Shown in pieces: positions 36,519 through 46,667 of a stretch of DNA of 64,000 nucleotides; position 1 is the first letter of the stretch; every line of letters starts with the position of its first letter. A model generated the notes under the pieces. The model saw only the letters and a list, made by a program, of their open reading frames with translations. It did no database searches and was not told where the DNA came from. The DNA is taken from IMG/VR virus record IMGVR_UViG_3300000976_000009, positions 289,144 through 353,143 of that record. One strand, 5' to 3'. The DNA is from a virus. A program made the position numbers and the translations under genes.

Positions 36519-36549
36519 AAAAGTGTGGCATATGCCACACTTTTTTTTT
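36519..36549 (+). terminator. intrinsic terminator
   Basis: GTGTGGC-ATAT-GCCACAC plus T-run. Confidence 0.85.
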
Positions 36550-36608
36550 ATTCATATATTGATTATCCAATATTTTTTTTGTATATTTGTATAAATAAGT
36601 AATAAATT

Positions 36609-38075
36609 ATGGCTAAAATTGAAAATAGATTAAAGTTCTTAGCAGAAAAATACAATGTCTTTCTTGAGGAAGAAATTGATGAAATTGTTGAAAAACTAAT
36701 TGAGGATGGACATGAAGTTACCAAAGTAAATACATCTAGTGCCACTATGGTTGGTGTTGATGAGGATATTACTTATGCCATCTTAGATTCAGTAGTCAAT
36801 AAGACATCAGAATATGAGGGTGAAGAAGTTGTATCTTTCAAAAAAAATGTTAGTGTCCATGAGGATATTTTTGCATCAATGATTGCGGCTGACCCAACTG
36901 AGAATAAAATGTATTTGCAATGGATGTTAACAATATTTACTAGATTAATTAAAGCTGGTAAAATTGATGATGCCATTAGATTTGGTGCTGAGGATTTACC
37001 TCAAGCCAATGAGTACTTAGAATTATTTGAAGGTAATAAACGTAAAAGGTTGTTTAGTGAATTATGTGAGTCTAACTATGCATTAAAGAAAATAATTGAC
37101 CCAACTAACATTAACCAATATAGGAGCTTGTCTCAATTATTTGATGCTGTTGACCCGTTTATTGAAAGAGATTTAAGTGGTTTCGAAAGAAATTTAAAAA
37201 GATTTGTTGATGCTGGACAAGCGTTGATGCCTGTTAAGGATAGGAATTTTACATTATTTATTCCACTTACTAGAGATGCCAATGTATTATTCAATGAAGC
37301 AGCTAGTTGGTGTACTGTTAGACCAGGTAATGGAATGTTTGATAGTTATACTAATAAACCAACACCTCTTTCTAATAAATCTAAAATATATATTATTATT
37401 GACAATAGATTTCTTAATGGTGAATTTGATGTGGATAACATACCAAAAGATATGATGCACCAACTTCATTTTGAGAGTAAACAATTAAGGGATAGAACAA
37501 ATGGACCAAATAAAAATATTTACGACAGTATTATTTCAAAGTCTGAGGCGTTAGCTAATTTTTTCTATGAGGAATTAACCCCACTAGCTAAAGCTTACAA
37601 GGGTTCCCTTAACGATAATTTTTATGTTGACTATTTAATTGCTTTTGGTTTTACAAATATATTATTTGATATGCTTGACAAAGACCAACCAACGATTAGA
37701 TTTAAGAAAAGAGAAATACCTAGATTACCAGATTTATCTAGATTTAGAAATGTGAATATGATATTTTTAGCTGAAATAAAACTACGTGAATTATCACCAA
37801 GTATGTTTACACTCCCAAATTTGGAAGTGTTGGCAGTTCCTAAGAATAAAATCACATCAATTCCTAGAGAAATTGGTAAATCTAAGAAGTTGGTTTTCAT
37901 TAATTTAGTTGGAAACAAAATTACTGAGATTCCAGATGAAATTGGACAGCTTGATAAAGAAATGGGTGGTAGCCTTTACAGAATTTCTGTGAGAAAAGAC
38001 GAGATTGGAGAGAACAATTATGATAAATTGAGAAGACTTTTACCAAACGTGTTATTGACTGATAACGTGGATTAG
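36609..38075 (+). CDS. leucine-rich-repeat protein
   Basis: C-terminal LxxLxLxxNxIxxIPxEIG repeats. Confidence 0.8.
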   Translation: MAKIENRLKFLAEKYNVFLEEEIDEIVEKLIEDGHEVTKVNTSSATMVGVDEDITYAILDSVVNKTSEYEGEEVVSFKKNVSVHEDIFASMIAADPTENKMYLQWMLTIFTRLIKAGKIDDAIRFGAEDLPQANEYLELFEGNKRKRLFSELCESNYALKKIIDPTNINQYRSLSQLFDAVDPFIERDLSGFERNLKRFVDAGQALMPVKDRNFTLFIPLTRDANVLFNEAASWCTVRPGNGMFDSYTNKPTPLSNKSKIYIIIDNRFLNGEFDVDNIPKDMMHQLHFESKQLRDRTNGPNKNIYDSIISKSEALANFFYEELTPLAKAYKGSLNDNFYVDYLIAFGFTNILFDMLDKDQPTIRFKKREIPRLPDLSRFRNVNMIFLAEIKLRELSPSMFTLPNLEVLAVPKNKITSIPREIGKSKKLVFINLVGNKITEIPDEIGQLDKEMGGSLYRISVRKDEIGENNYDKLRRLLPNVLLTDNVD

Positions 38076-38097
38076 ATAAACTCAAAATATAGTAATA

Positions 38098-38128
38098 GAA
38101 AACCTCTCCCTTAATAGGAGGGGTTTTC
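38098..38128 (+). terminator. intrinsic terminator
   Basis: AAAACCTCTCC..GGAGGGGTTTT. Confidence 0.7.
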
Positions 38129-38164
38129 GTGTTTAAAAAATAACAACCATTAAAATGTAATATT

Positions 38165-38737
38165 ATGAAATGGAAAAGAATGGATGGTGATAAGATAGAT
38201 GAACCATTAATCGAATACTTAGAAGGATTATTCGAAGAAGAAATAGAAAAGGGACATGAATTTAAAGTTTGTATTGGTACGGATTCACAAAAGGCTGGAA
38301 AGGGTTACAAATTTGCGACAGCAATTGTAATTGAAACCAAAGAACACATGGGTGTCGAGTACAAGAAAAAGTGGGATGGTACTAAAGAAAAAGTAGATAC
38401 TTATGTTGGTAGGGGTGCTATGGTTATTGGTGCAACTTTCTGGGAAGAAATGAAAGCTTCTACAAACAAGAAAAAGCATAGAGAGAAGGAAGTGATTAAC
38501 CAAAGAATGCTTAAAGAAGTTAGTTCTTCCATTGCAATTGGTTATGAAATATGGCCTCTATTAGATTTGTATGGTGTAACTATGGAAATACATGCAGATA
38601 TTAATGCTGACCCAAGATATGAATCTAATGTTGCAATGAGTGAGGCTCTTGGTTATATTAGGGGTATGGGTTGGGATGCTAAAATTAAGCCAGATGCTTA
38701 TGCTGCTTCTAAGGGTGCAGATAAAATGTGTAAATAA
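38165..38737 (+). CDS. YkuK/DUF458 RNase H-like protein
   Basis: CIGTDSQ, EIHADIN, KPDAYAAS..AD. Confidence 0.8.
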   Translation: MKWKRMDGDKIDEPLIEYLEGLFEEEIEKGHEFKVCIGTDSQKAGKGYKFATAIVIETKEHMGVEYKKKWDGTKEKVDTYVGRGAMVIGATFWEEMKASTNKKKHREKEVINQRMLKEVSSSIAIGYEIWPLLDLYGVTMEIHADINADPRYESNVAMSEALGYIRGMGWDAKIKPDAYAASKGADKMCK

Positions 38738-38786
38738 TTTATCGATATTCCTTGGAATATAACACATATTTTACTATATTTGGGGT

Positions 38787-38942
38787 ATGGGAGAATATGT
38801 ACTAAAATTAAATATTGGTGGTGAGACCATCAAAAGAGTTAATGCACAAAGTATTGATGATGCTATCAATTACTTTGCTAAGATGAAAGATTTGAAAAGG
38901 AAACAATTACTTAAATTATTTTTGGTTGAGAAAGCTTCTTAA
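38787..38942 (+). CDS. 51-aa protein, probably leaderless
   Basis: ATG 4 nt after TATATTTG. Confidence 0.6.
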   Translation: MGEYVLKLNIGGETIKRVNAQSIDDAINYFAKMKDLKRKQLLKLFLVEKAS

Positions 38943-39618
38943 CCAAAAGTCTTTTTGTTATTGGTAGTAAAGTCTCTTCAACTGGATATTTTATTGGGGA
39001 ATCAATAATGAAGGTTGATGGGTTGATTATATTCGACCCATCAACCAAATCCAATCTTATTGATTCATAACTCATGTGGAAACCTTTAGGATAACTTCTA
39101 ATCAATTTAGTTGTTAAACCTTTTTCACCATTTAATTGAATTAATGCACCTAATTCATATTGATATACATCAATAGTTTCATCATGAATAATAAAGAATC
39201 CTTTATTGTTACTAAATAATGTTGTACCTATTTCTAGAATATCAATACATTTTTCTACCTCATCATAAATAAGTTTACCTAAACTTATTTTTTTCCTTAA
39301 ATTAGTTAATGAAAAATCCACTAATTTATCAATTCCTAAAATATATTTATCATCAATAACTAAATCTTCATATGTTAATGTTGTGTTCTTTAAATTGATT
39401 TCAACTAGTTCTTTTGGAAAGTTATCTCTGAATATTTGTTTATTCTCTTTATACTTAATTAAACCATCATAATGGTGGATTAGGTCAGAAAAATAAGGAT
39501 AAAGTTCTAAATTATCAAATTTTTTCTCAACCTTTTGTAAATATGCAAGTAGTTCATATTGCTTGTACTCTACATCAAGAATACCGTTTGTCATCCAATT
39601 ATCATCTAATTTAATCAT
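38911..39618 (-). CDS. hypothetical protein
   Basis: long ORF, DVEYKQYELLAYLQ..ETLLP. Confidence 0.75.
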   Translation of the reverse strand: MIKLDDNWMTNGILDVEYKQYELLAYLQKVEKKFDNLELYPYFSDLIHHYDGLIKYKENKQIFRDNFPKELVEINLKNTTLTYEDLVIDDKYILGIDKLVDFSLTNLRKKISLGKLIYDEVEKCIDILEIGTTLFSNNKGFFIIHDETIDVYQYELGALIQLNGEKGLTTKLIRSYPKGFHMSYESIRLDLVDGSNIINPSTFIIDSPIKYPVEETLLPITKRLLVKKLSQPKII

Positions 39619-39715
39619 AGGTGTTTTACCATAAATATAAAATAATATCACACTTTGCCATTTTTACTCATATTTATTATTAGACTAATAAAATATATAT
39701 TTAAACGTTAAAAAC

Positions 39716-39910
39716 ATGTCTAAGAAAATTGTAAGAATTGCAGAAACAGAGTTGGTTGAATTAATTGACAACATAGTTACAGAAGCTGTAGCAGAAAAGA
39801 AAAAGGAATGGATTGCTGAAAATGCTGCTAAAAGTGGTGAAACAATCCTTGAGAATAGAATCAAAGATTTAGAAGAAAAGATTATCGCACTTACTGAGTC
39901 AACTAAGTAA
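39716..39910 (+). CDS. putative internal virion protein
   Basis: TATTTAT upstream; KIVRIAETEL start; terminator after. Confidence 0.6.
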   Translation: MSKKIVRIAETELVELIDNIVTEAVAEKKKEWIAENAAKSGETILENRIKDLEEKIIALTESTK

Positions 39911-40027
39911 TTAAAACCATAAAAATATTTTATGATAGCTGGACATAATTATGTCCAGCTATTGTTGTGTTTAAAACTTTCCTTTTTATTTCCTTTAATT
40001 TTAAATAAAAAACCATAACTTTGTCTT

Positions 40028-40717
40028 ATGGAAAAAATCATTGAAAAATTATCCAGAAAGGATATACCATTAACCTCATCTGTTGAAAGGGATGAACATA
40101 TAATTGCTTCTGAGAAAGCATTTGATTGTTTATTTGATGGTACTTCAAAATATTTCCCGTGGAATAAACCAAAGAATTTGCCTAAAGATTTTAATATAGG
40201 TGTTATTGTTGGTTCAAGTGGTTCTGGTAAATCAACACTATTAGAAGAGTTTGGAAATGAATCCTACCCAATATGGGACCCTAATAAAGCAATCATATCA
40301 CATTTTGATTCTCCAGATGAAGGTATTAATAAATTAAGTGCGGTAGGGTTAAATACAGTACCCAATTGGTATAAGCCGTATCATGTATTATCTAATGGTG
40401 AGCAATTTAGGGCTGATTTAGCTAGGAAAATAAGAGATGGTGCCGTAATAGATGAATTCACATCCGTAGTTGATAGAAATGTAGCTAAAGCAGCTTCTGT
40501 ATCATTATCTAAATATATTAAAAAGAACAATATCAAAAACGTGGTTATATCCACCTGTCATGAGGATATATTAGACTGGTTAGAACCAGATTGGGTTATA
40601 AATACTAATAGTGGAGAAGTCTATGACGGTTTTTTTTTGTCCGACCAGAAATCAATATCGAAATACATAAAGCAAATCGCAATATCTGGTCTATGTTTAA
40701 AGACCATCACTATTTAA
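40028..40717 (+). CDS. ABC-type ATPase, N-terminal part of a frameshifted fusion
   Basis: GSSGSGKS, LSNGE, IDEF, H-loop. Confidence 0.85.
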   Translation: MEKIIEKLSRKDIPLTSSVERDEHIIASEKAFDCLFDGTSKYFPWNKPKNLPKDFNIGVIVGSSGSGKSTLLEEFGNESYPIWDPNKAIISHFDSPDEGINKLSAVGLNTVPNWYKPYHVLSNGEQFRADLARKIRDGAVIDEFTSVVDRNVAKAASVSLSKYIKKNNIKNVVISTCHEDILDWLEPDWVINTNSGEVYDGFFLSDQKSISKYIKQIAISGLCLKTITI

Positions 40718-41118
40718 GAGATGATTTACATAAAGCAACTAGGTGTTATGTTGCTACATGGGAAGGAAATGTTGTTGGTTTTTTTGCTAGTATGGCTATG
40801 CCAAATGGTTATGTTAAAAATGCTTGGCGTGGGCACAGGGTTGTAATATTACCAGATTTTCAAGGTTTAGGTATCGGTGTTCGATTTATTGATGCTTGTG
40901 CTCAAATTCATTTGGATGATGATAAAAGATTCTTTGGTAGAGCCGCTCACCCTAGGATGGGTTATTATTGGCAACACTCACCATTGTGGAAAGCGACCAG
41001 TAAAAATAGGAAACTACGAACTGATATTACTCACGATAATTTATTTAAAAACCATTATGTTGATAACAAACGAATTTGTTTCAGTTATGAATTTATTGGT
41101 AAAAATTTGGATAAGTAA
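40639..41118 (+). CDS. GNAT acetyltransferase in the -1 frame
   Basis: RVVILPDFQGLGIG; frame open from the T9 tract. Confidence 0.8.
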   Translation, partial: VRPEINIEIHKANRNIWSMFKDHHYLRDDLHKATRCYVATWEGNVVGFFASMAMPNGYVKNAWRGHRVVILPDFQGLGIGVRFIDACAQIHLDDDKRFFGRAAHPRMGYYWQHSPLWKATSKNRKLRTDITHDNLFKNHYVDNKRICFSYEFIGKNLDK

Positions 41119-41160
41119 TTTATTAGACGTATATTTGTAACTTAAAACAAAAAATTTATT

Positions 41161-41976
41161 ATGAATAAGAGAACTATTAAAACAATAATTTTAGGTGCTA
41201 TATGTGTAAACATGGTCGCACTTATTTCATTAACCACAGAGGTTAATACAATTAAGGGTTCAAATACTTTTTTAGTTGATTTAACCGAACCTAAAGAATT
41301 TATTGATTCATTAGATATAGTGGATTCTTTAGTAAACAATACAAATGAAACAACCGCATATTACCAAGCTGTTGTTGATTCTATTGAAACTAAAGTCGAA
41401 AATAATTTCAAATACGTATTCCCAAAATTCAAAAAATTCAATAAGAATATTGACACTGCAACAGTTGAAACCTTTGTCGGTGTTATGAATGCGTTTGGGT
41501 TGGATGAAAATGAGGAATATAGAGAAATGTATACTGGTCAAATTTTACTTGAGTCTGGAGCTAAACAATATAGACCTTCTGGTGAATTAGTAGTTAGTTC
41601 GGCTGGTTGTATCGGATTGTGTCAAATTATGCCCTCAACTGCTTTAGGTTATATACAAAAACATGCTGATACAACAGATATTAAAGTATTAAAAATTTTA
41701 GGTGCTAGTGATTTTTCATTTGCATTTGAAGATACATTGTCGAATTCACAAAAAAAAATTAAAACTAGAGAATGGTTAAGTGATGTAACTAATAATATAA
41801 TTATGTGGGGATTTATTAGTAGACATAATTTAGATAAAAGGGGTGATATTATAACACAACTTGTTTCTTATAACATGGGTAGTGGTGGTGCAAATAAATT
41901 TATCGCAAATGGTGGTAATGTGAATAACCATAAGTACATTAGAGGTATCCAAAGTAAGCTTTTAATAGTTAAATAA
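41161..41976 (+). CDS. lytic transglycosylase (SLT) with N-terminal anchor
   Basis: LES, GLCQIMP, SYNMG. Confidence 0.85.
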   Translation: MNKRTIKTIILGAICVNMVALISLTTEVNTIKGSNTFLVDLTEPKEFIDSLDIVDSLVNNTNETTAYYQAVVDSIETKVENNFKYVFPKFKKFNKNIDTATVETFVGVMNAFGLDENEEYREMYTGQILLESGAKQYRPSGELVVSSAGCIGLCQIMPSTALGYIQKHADTTDIKVLKILGASDFSFAFEDTLSNSQKKIKTREWLSDVTNNIIMWGFISRHNLDKRGDIITQLVSYNMGSGGANKFIANGGNVNNHKYIRGIQSKLLIVK

Positions 41977-41981
41977 TTAAT

Positions 41982-42230
41982 ATGAAATATATTCTAACAC
42001 CCATATTTAAAATACTATATACCATATTAATGATATGGTTATTAGCCATTGGTTGTACTGTAATGTTTATTGTTGACTCTTTATGGCACTTTAAGCTAAT
42101 GACTAGAAATTATTCATTTAATTATGATGGTAGGCATATTCTATATTCAGCATATTACACGAGAAACCCCAATAACTTAAATACTGTTAAATTTAAAACG
42201 GTTTTTCATTATTTATTAGGTATAATTTAA
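41982..42230 (+). CDS. small membrane protein
   Basis: hydrophobic N-terminus. Confidence 0.55.
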   Translation: MKYILTPIFKILYTILMIWLLAIGCTVMFIVDSLWHFKLMTRNYSFNYDGRHILYSAYYTRNPNNLNTVKFKTVFHYLLGII

Positions 42231-43174
42231 TGACCCCTCATTAACATATGGAATGTGTCATTAAGCCTTTGGAAACCTAATTTTTCCCAAAACAAATGAC
42301 TAGCAGATGGAATGTTTATAACGAGCCTATTGGTTTTTTTATGTGCATTCCATAATGCTTTTACGGCTTGATTAGCTACATTAATATTAGTATAATCATC
42401 ATCTAAATTTAAGCTAACTATTTCTTTAGTATCTTCACCTAATGACATTGGTGCTGGTCCACAAGTAATTGTTCCAGCTGACCTATCTTTATAATAAATA
42501 TCATAAGTAGTTGTATCTGGGGTTTCATCAGTCACCATTAACTTAATATTTTCCCTAATTAATTTTCTGATAAATTGTTTTTGAGTAGATTCTTCAATAG
42601 TTTCAAGTTTATCATAGTATTTTGGGTCCCCATATAAGTGGTCCATTGCTATCTCTCTAGCCATATCAAGACTTTTGGTGTGTTCTTTTTCGATTTTAAC
42701 CCCCTTATCTAATTGTTTCTGTAATTGTTTCTCTAATGATTCGAATTGAATCGAAGCCCATGAGTCTTTACCATGATGAATTGCTAAATCAACGATTGAC
42801 ATACCATCTCCTAAACCACCTTTAATTGTTTCCTTTTTCATACTTTCACTTAAATTTTTAGGGTATCTAATCATCGAATCCCTAAATTCATAACTCTTAT
42901 GAATTCCTTTATTGTGTTTAAACCCAAACCTCTTATAGAATTGGATTAACCGATTTTTATTACCACCGAAATCAGATGATGGTGTTAATGCGATAATTTG
43001 ATTATTTTTTTCAGCATAATCAACTAAATCTTTCATAACCTTAGTCCCAATTCCTTCACCTTTGAATTCATCATTAATAATAATCCTAGATAATATTAAA
43101 CTAGTTTTATTCTCATAAATATCAAGTCCTTTCAAAAATTTACCGTATTTCGATTTTAAAATATCTTCAATCAT
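42227..43174 (-). CDS. GNAT - DUF5661-like - degenerate GNAT protein
   Basis: KGEGIGT..FYKRFGF; EKEHT..IAMDHL..YYDKL; FWEKLGF. Confidence 0.7.
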   Translation of the reverse strand: MIEDILKSKYGKFLKGLDIYENKTSLILSRIIINDEFKGEGIGTKVMKDLVDYAEKNNQIIALTPSSDFGGNKNRLIQFYKRFGFKHNKGIHKSYEFRDSMIRYPKNLSESMKKETIKGGLGDGMSIVDLAIHHGKDSWASIQFESLEKQLQKQLDKGVKIEKEHTKSLDMAREIAMDHLYGDPKYYDKLETIEESTQKQFIRKLIRENIKLMVTDETPDTTTYDIYYKDRSAGTITCGPAPMSLGEDTKEIVSLNLDDDYTNINVANQAVKALWNAHKKTNRLVINIPSASHLFWEKLGFQRLNDTFHMLMRGH

Positions 43175-43188
43175 AAATATAAATATAC

Positions 43189-43214
43189 AAAAAAAGCGGC
43201 TATAGCCGCTTTTT
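43189..43214. terminator. terminator hairpin
   Basis: AAAAGCGGC-TATA-GCCGCTTTT. Confidence 0.8.
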
Positions 43215-43356
43215 AAGTTATTTTATTGTGCCATTAAATACCTAACAGCTTTCTCACCCTATGTAACTAAGGGTTTGGTGTATTGGTGGTTACGCACCGC
43301 AAGGTTACTGGTTTGTATCTTTATAGTTTACTATTAACCTTTTTTCAACTGCACAA

Positions 43357-45870
43357 TTAATTATTTGAACTTTCCTCTTTATTGGTTTTGTTCGTTTTAA
43401 TCACCATCTCATCCTTACTCTTACTATAAGTGATTTTGATTATATCCCCTTCTTCAACATTCCCATTAATTACTTCATCAGCAATTGGGTCTTCGACATA
43501 CCTTTGGATTGCTCTACTAAGTGGTCTAGCTCCAAACTCTGGGTCATAACCTTGTTTAGCAATATACTCCATACCTTTCTTATCTAATTTGACTTTATAA
43601 CCAAGTTCAGCCATTCTAGCTTCAACATCAGTCATTTCAAGTTCGATAATTTGTTGGATATCTTTTTCAGTTAATGAATTAAAGATAATAGTGTCATCTA
43701 AACGATTAAGAAATTCTGGTGGAAACTTCTTCTTTAGTGCTTTCTCCAAAATTGTGTGCGCTCTTTTCTCTTCCTTAGCTAATGTATCACCTGTACTAAA
43801 TCCAACAGCTGAACCGAAACTATTCATTTCTTTAACCCCAACATTGGATGTCATGATAACCATCGTATTCTTGAAGTCAATCTTACGACCCAAAGAGTCA
43901 GTTAATTGCCCTTCATCTAATAATTGCAATAACAAATTAAATACATCTGGATGTGCTTTCTCGATTTCATCAAAAAGAACCACTGAATATGGTTTTCTAC
44001 GAATTGCTTCTGTAAGTTTACCACCTTCTTCATAACCCACATAACCTGGAGGGGCACCTATTAATCTAGATACAGAGAATTTCTCCATATATTCAGACAT
44101 ATCAATGCGAACCATTGATTCCTTATCACCGAACACATATTCTGAAAGTAACTTAGCAAGGTATGTCTTACCCACACCTGTTGGACCTAAGAAAATGAAA
44201 GACCCAATAGGTTTACCACCTTTTCTGATACCAAGTCTACTTCTCTTTACTGCCTTAGCTACTTTTTCAACTGCTTCATCTTGACCGATAACAGTACCTG
44301 TTAAATCTTCAACCATATTTGCTAAGTGTTTAGTGTCCTCAACTGAAACTTTATTTAATGGAATACCAGTCATATTGGAGACTACTTCCGAAACTAATTC
44401 AGTAGTAATCAATGTACGTTCTTTGTCCATTCCATCAATCCATTCTTTCTTAGCCTTTTCAATCGAGTCCTCAATCTTCTTCTCATCATCTCTAAGTTTA
44501 GCTGCTTGTTCATATTGTTGTTTCGCAACAACATCGTACTTCTTCAACTCAATTCTTTCTTTTTCGGATTCAAGTTCTTGAATATTCTCTGGAATATCAA
44601 CATCAACATTAGTTATCGCACCAGCTTCATCAAGAATATCAATTGCTTTATCTGGCATCGCCCTATCTGAAATATATCTATCTGCCATTTTAACACATTC
44701 TTCGATTGCCTCATCAGTATATGTTACTTTATGATGGTCTTCATACTTCTTCTTAATATTCATAAGAATAGTTTTGGTTTCCTCATTTGTTGGTTCTTCG
44801 ACCAATACTTCTTGAAACCTTCTTTTCAGAGCACCATCTTTTTCAATGTTTTCTCGATATTCATCCAAAGTGGTTGCACCAATTACTTGAATTTCACCTC
44901 TAGCTAATGCTGGTTTAAGAATATTTGATGCATCTAATGAACCAGATGCATTACCAGCCCCAACCATAGTGTGTAACTCATCAATAAATAAGATAACATC
45001 TGGATTAGCCCTAAGTTCCTCAAGAATTGCTTTCATTCTTTCCTCAAATTGACCACGGTACTTAGTACCAGCTACAATTGATGGTAAATCTAAAGAGAAT
45101 ACTCTCTTTTCCAATAATACTCTTGGGGCTTTCTTATCCTTAATTAAGGATGCTAGACCTTCAACAATTGATGTTTTACCAACACCTGGCTCACCAATTA
45201 ATACTGGGTTATTCTTCTTTCTTCTTGATAAGATTGTGGAAACTCTTTGAATTTCTGATTGTCTACCAACAACTGGGTCTATTAAACCATCCTCAGCTGC
45301 TTTAGAAATATCTCTACAGAAGTTATCTAGTACTGGTGTCTTAGAATTCTCTTTCTTCTTCTTATTAGATGGTTTCTTAGGTGTTTCATTGATTTCATCT
45401 TCGAAATCATCGAACGAGTTTTTTATTTCTTCGTTTTCATTCATAATTGCTTTCTTATAATTTTTGTAATTTACTCCAACACTATGTAAAATATTTGTGG
45501 TTGGGGTGTCATGCTCCAGTATTGCTAACATTACGTGCCTAGAATCAATAACATTATCACCTAATTTGTCACATTCACTATCAACTGCGTTGAATATATC
45601 AGCTGTAACTTCACTTGGTGGTAATTTTCTTTTGGTTGTTGTAACCCTAGGAATCATATCATTATCCTTTAAGTGTTCACTTATTCTATCATATAAATTT
45701 AATAAGTCAACATCCATAACCCTTAAAATACTAACACACCTGTTATTATCATCATTTAAGATTGACATCATTATGTGTTCTGGTCTAAGTTTGATATCAT
45801 CATATGCTTTAGCCTCATCAAAAGCATTTTTCATAATTGATTTAACTTTAGGTACTATGTCCTTCTTCAT
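43357..45870 (-). CDS. clpC: ClpC-type AAA+ chaperone
   Basis: Clp N repeats, GEPGVGKT, UVR coiled coil, GPTGVGKT, GYVGY. Confidence 0.93.
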   Translation of the reverse strand: MKKDIVPKVKSIMKNAFDEAKAYDDIKLRPEHIMMSILNDDNNRCVSILRVMDVDLLNLYDRISEHLKDNDMIPRVTTTKRKLPPSEVTADIFNAVDSECDKLGDNVIDSRHVMLAILEHDTPTTNILHSVGVNYKNYKKAIMNENEEIKNSFDDFEDEINETPKKPSNKKKKENSKTPVLDNFCRDISKAAEDGLIDPVVGRQSEIQRVSTILSRRKKNNPVLIGEPGVGKTSIVEGLASLIKDKKAPRVLLEKRVFSLDLPSIVAGTKYRGQFEERMKAILEELRANPDVILFIDELHTMVGAGNASGSLDASNILKPALARGEIQVIGATTLDEYRENIEKDGALKRRFQEVLVEEPTNEETKTILMNIKKKYEDHHKVTYTDEAIEECVKMADRYISDRAMPDKAIDILDEAGAITNVDVDIPENIQELESEKERIELKKYDVVAKQQYEQAAKLRDDEKKIEDSIEKAKKEWIDGMDKERTLITTELVSEVVSNMTGIPLNKVSVEDTKHLANMVEDLTGTVIGQDEAVEKVAKAVKRSRLGIRKGGKPIGSFIFLGPTGVGKTYLAKLLSEYVFGDKESMVRIDMSEYMEKFSVSRLIGAPPGYVGYEEGGKLTEAIRRKPYSVVLFDEIEKAHPDVFNLLLQLLDEGQLTDSLGRKIDFKNTMVIMTSNVGVKEMNSFGSAVGFSTGDTLAKEEKRAHTILEKALKKKFPPEFLNRLDDTIIFNSLTEKDIQQIIELEMTDVEARMAELGYKVKLDKKGMEYIAKQGYDPEFGARPLSRAIQRYVEDPIADEVINGNVEEGDIIKITYSKSKDEMVIKTNKTNKEESSNN

Positions 45871-45983
45871 ATAATTTGATTGTTTACTACAAATATATGG
45901 GTTTTTTTTCAAAAAACAAGGTTGATTTTCAAAAAAAGTTTTGTATATTTGTAGTAAATAACAAAAGCATTAATTTATATGAA

Positions 45984-46217
45984 ATGCAAGGAGCACCGAA
46001 ATATGCAAAAATTAAATTGACTTGGAAACCCAATGAAATTAATAAAAAAGAAACTACAACTGAATTTGAAAATGTTGGTATGGTTGTAACGGCTGATAAA
46101 ATAATAATAGTTAGTGAAACCCATGATAGTATCACTAATATGATGAAAACAGAAGGTTCTGTTTTTGAATTATCACAATTGAAGTCTTATGAGACTTATA
46201 AAGAAAAAATAAATTAA
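45984..46217 (+). CDS. hypothetical protein
   Basis: ATG after the divergent promoter. Confidence 0.65.
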   Translation: MQGAPKYAKIKLTWKPNEINKKETTTEFENVGMVVTADKIIIVSETHDSITNMMKTEGSVFELSQLKSYETYKEKIN

Positions 46218-46235
46218 ACCAAATAAATAAGAACA

Positions 46236-46667
46236 ATGATTTTAAAAAGAGTAGAAAAAGAAGGAATTGTGAAAGCAATTTACAAATCATCAAACGTACT
46301 TGCTTCAAAATATGATAAAGCAAATCAAACGTTAACAATCACATTTAGCAAGGGAACTAATTACACATATACTGGTGTTCCAGCAACGGACTATACTAGA
46401 TTCGAAATTGCTGAATCTCAAGGTAAGGTTTTAAATTCTTATATTAAGAAACACCCAGTTACTAAAGGTGAAGATATTGACCCAGCAAAAATTATTGCAG
46501 AAGTTGAAAAACACCAATTAGCTGAAATTAAAGTTATCGAGGGTGATTTAATTAAAGCAATGGATGCATCAATTAAATCTTATGCTAAAAATGAAACAAT
46601 GGATGATTCATTGTTAACCAGAGTTCAATTTTTAATCTCTAAATTAAACAATGAGAAGAATGGCTAA
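46236..46667 (+). CDS. KTSC-domain protein
   Basis: SSNV...YD....L.I.F..G..Y.Y.GVP..AESQGK. Confidence 0.8.
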   Translation: MILKRVEKEGIVKAIYKSSNVLASKYDKANQTLTITFSKGTNYTYTGVPATDYTRFEIAESQGKVLNSYIKKHPVTKGEDIDPAKIIAEVEKHQLAEIKVIEGDLIKAMDASIKSYAKNETMDDSLLTRVQFLISKLNNEKNG

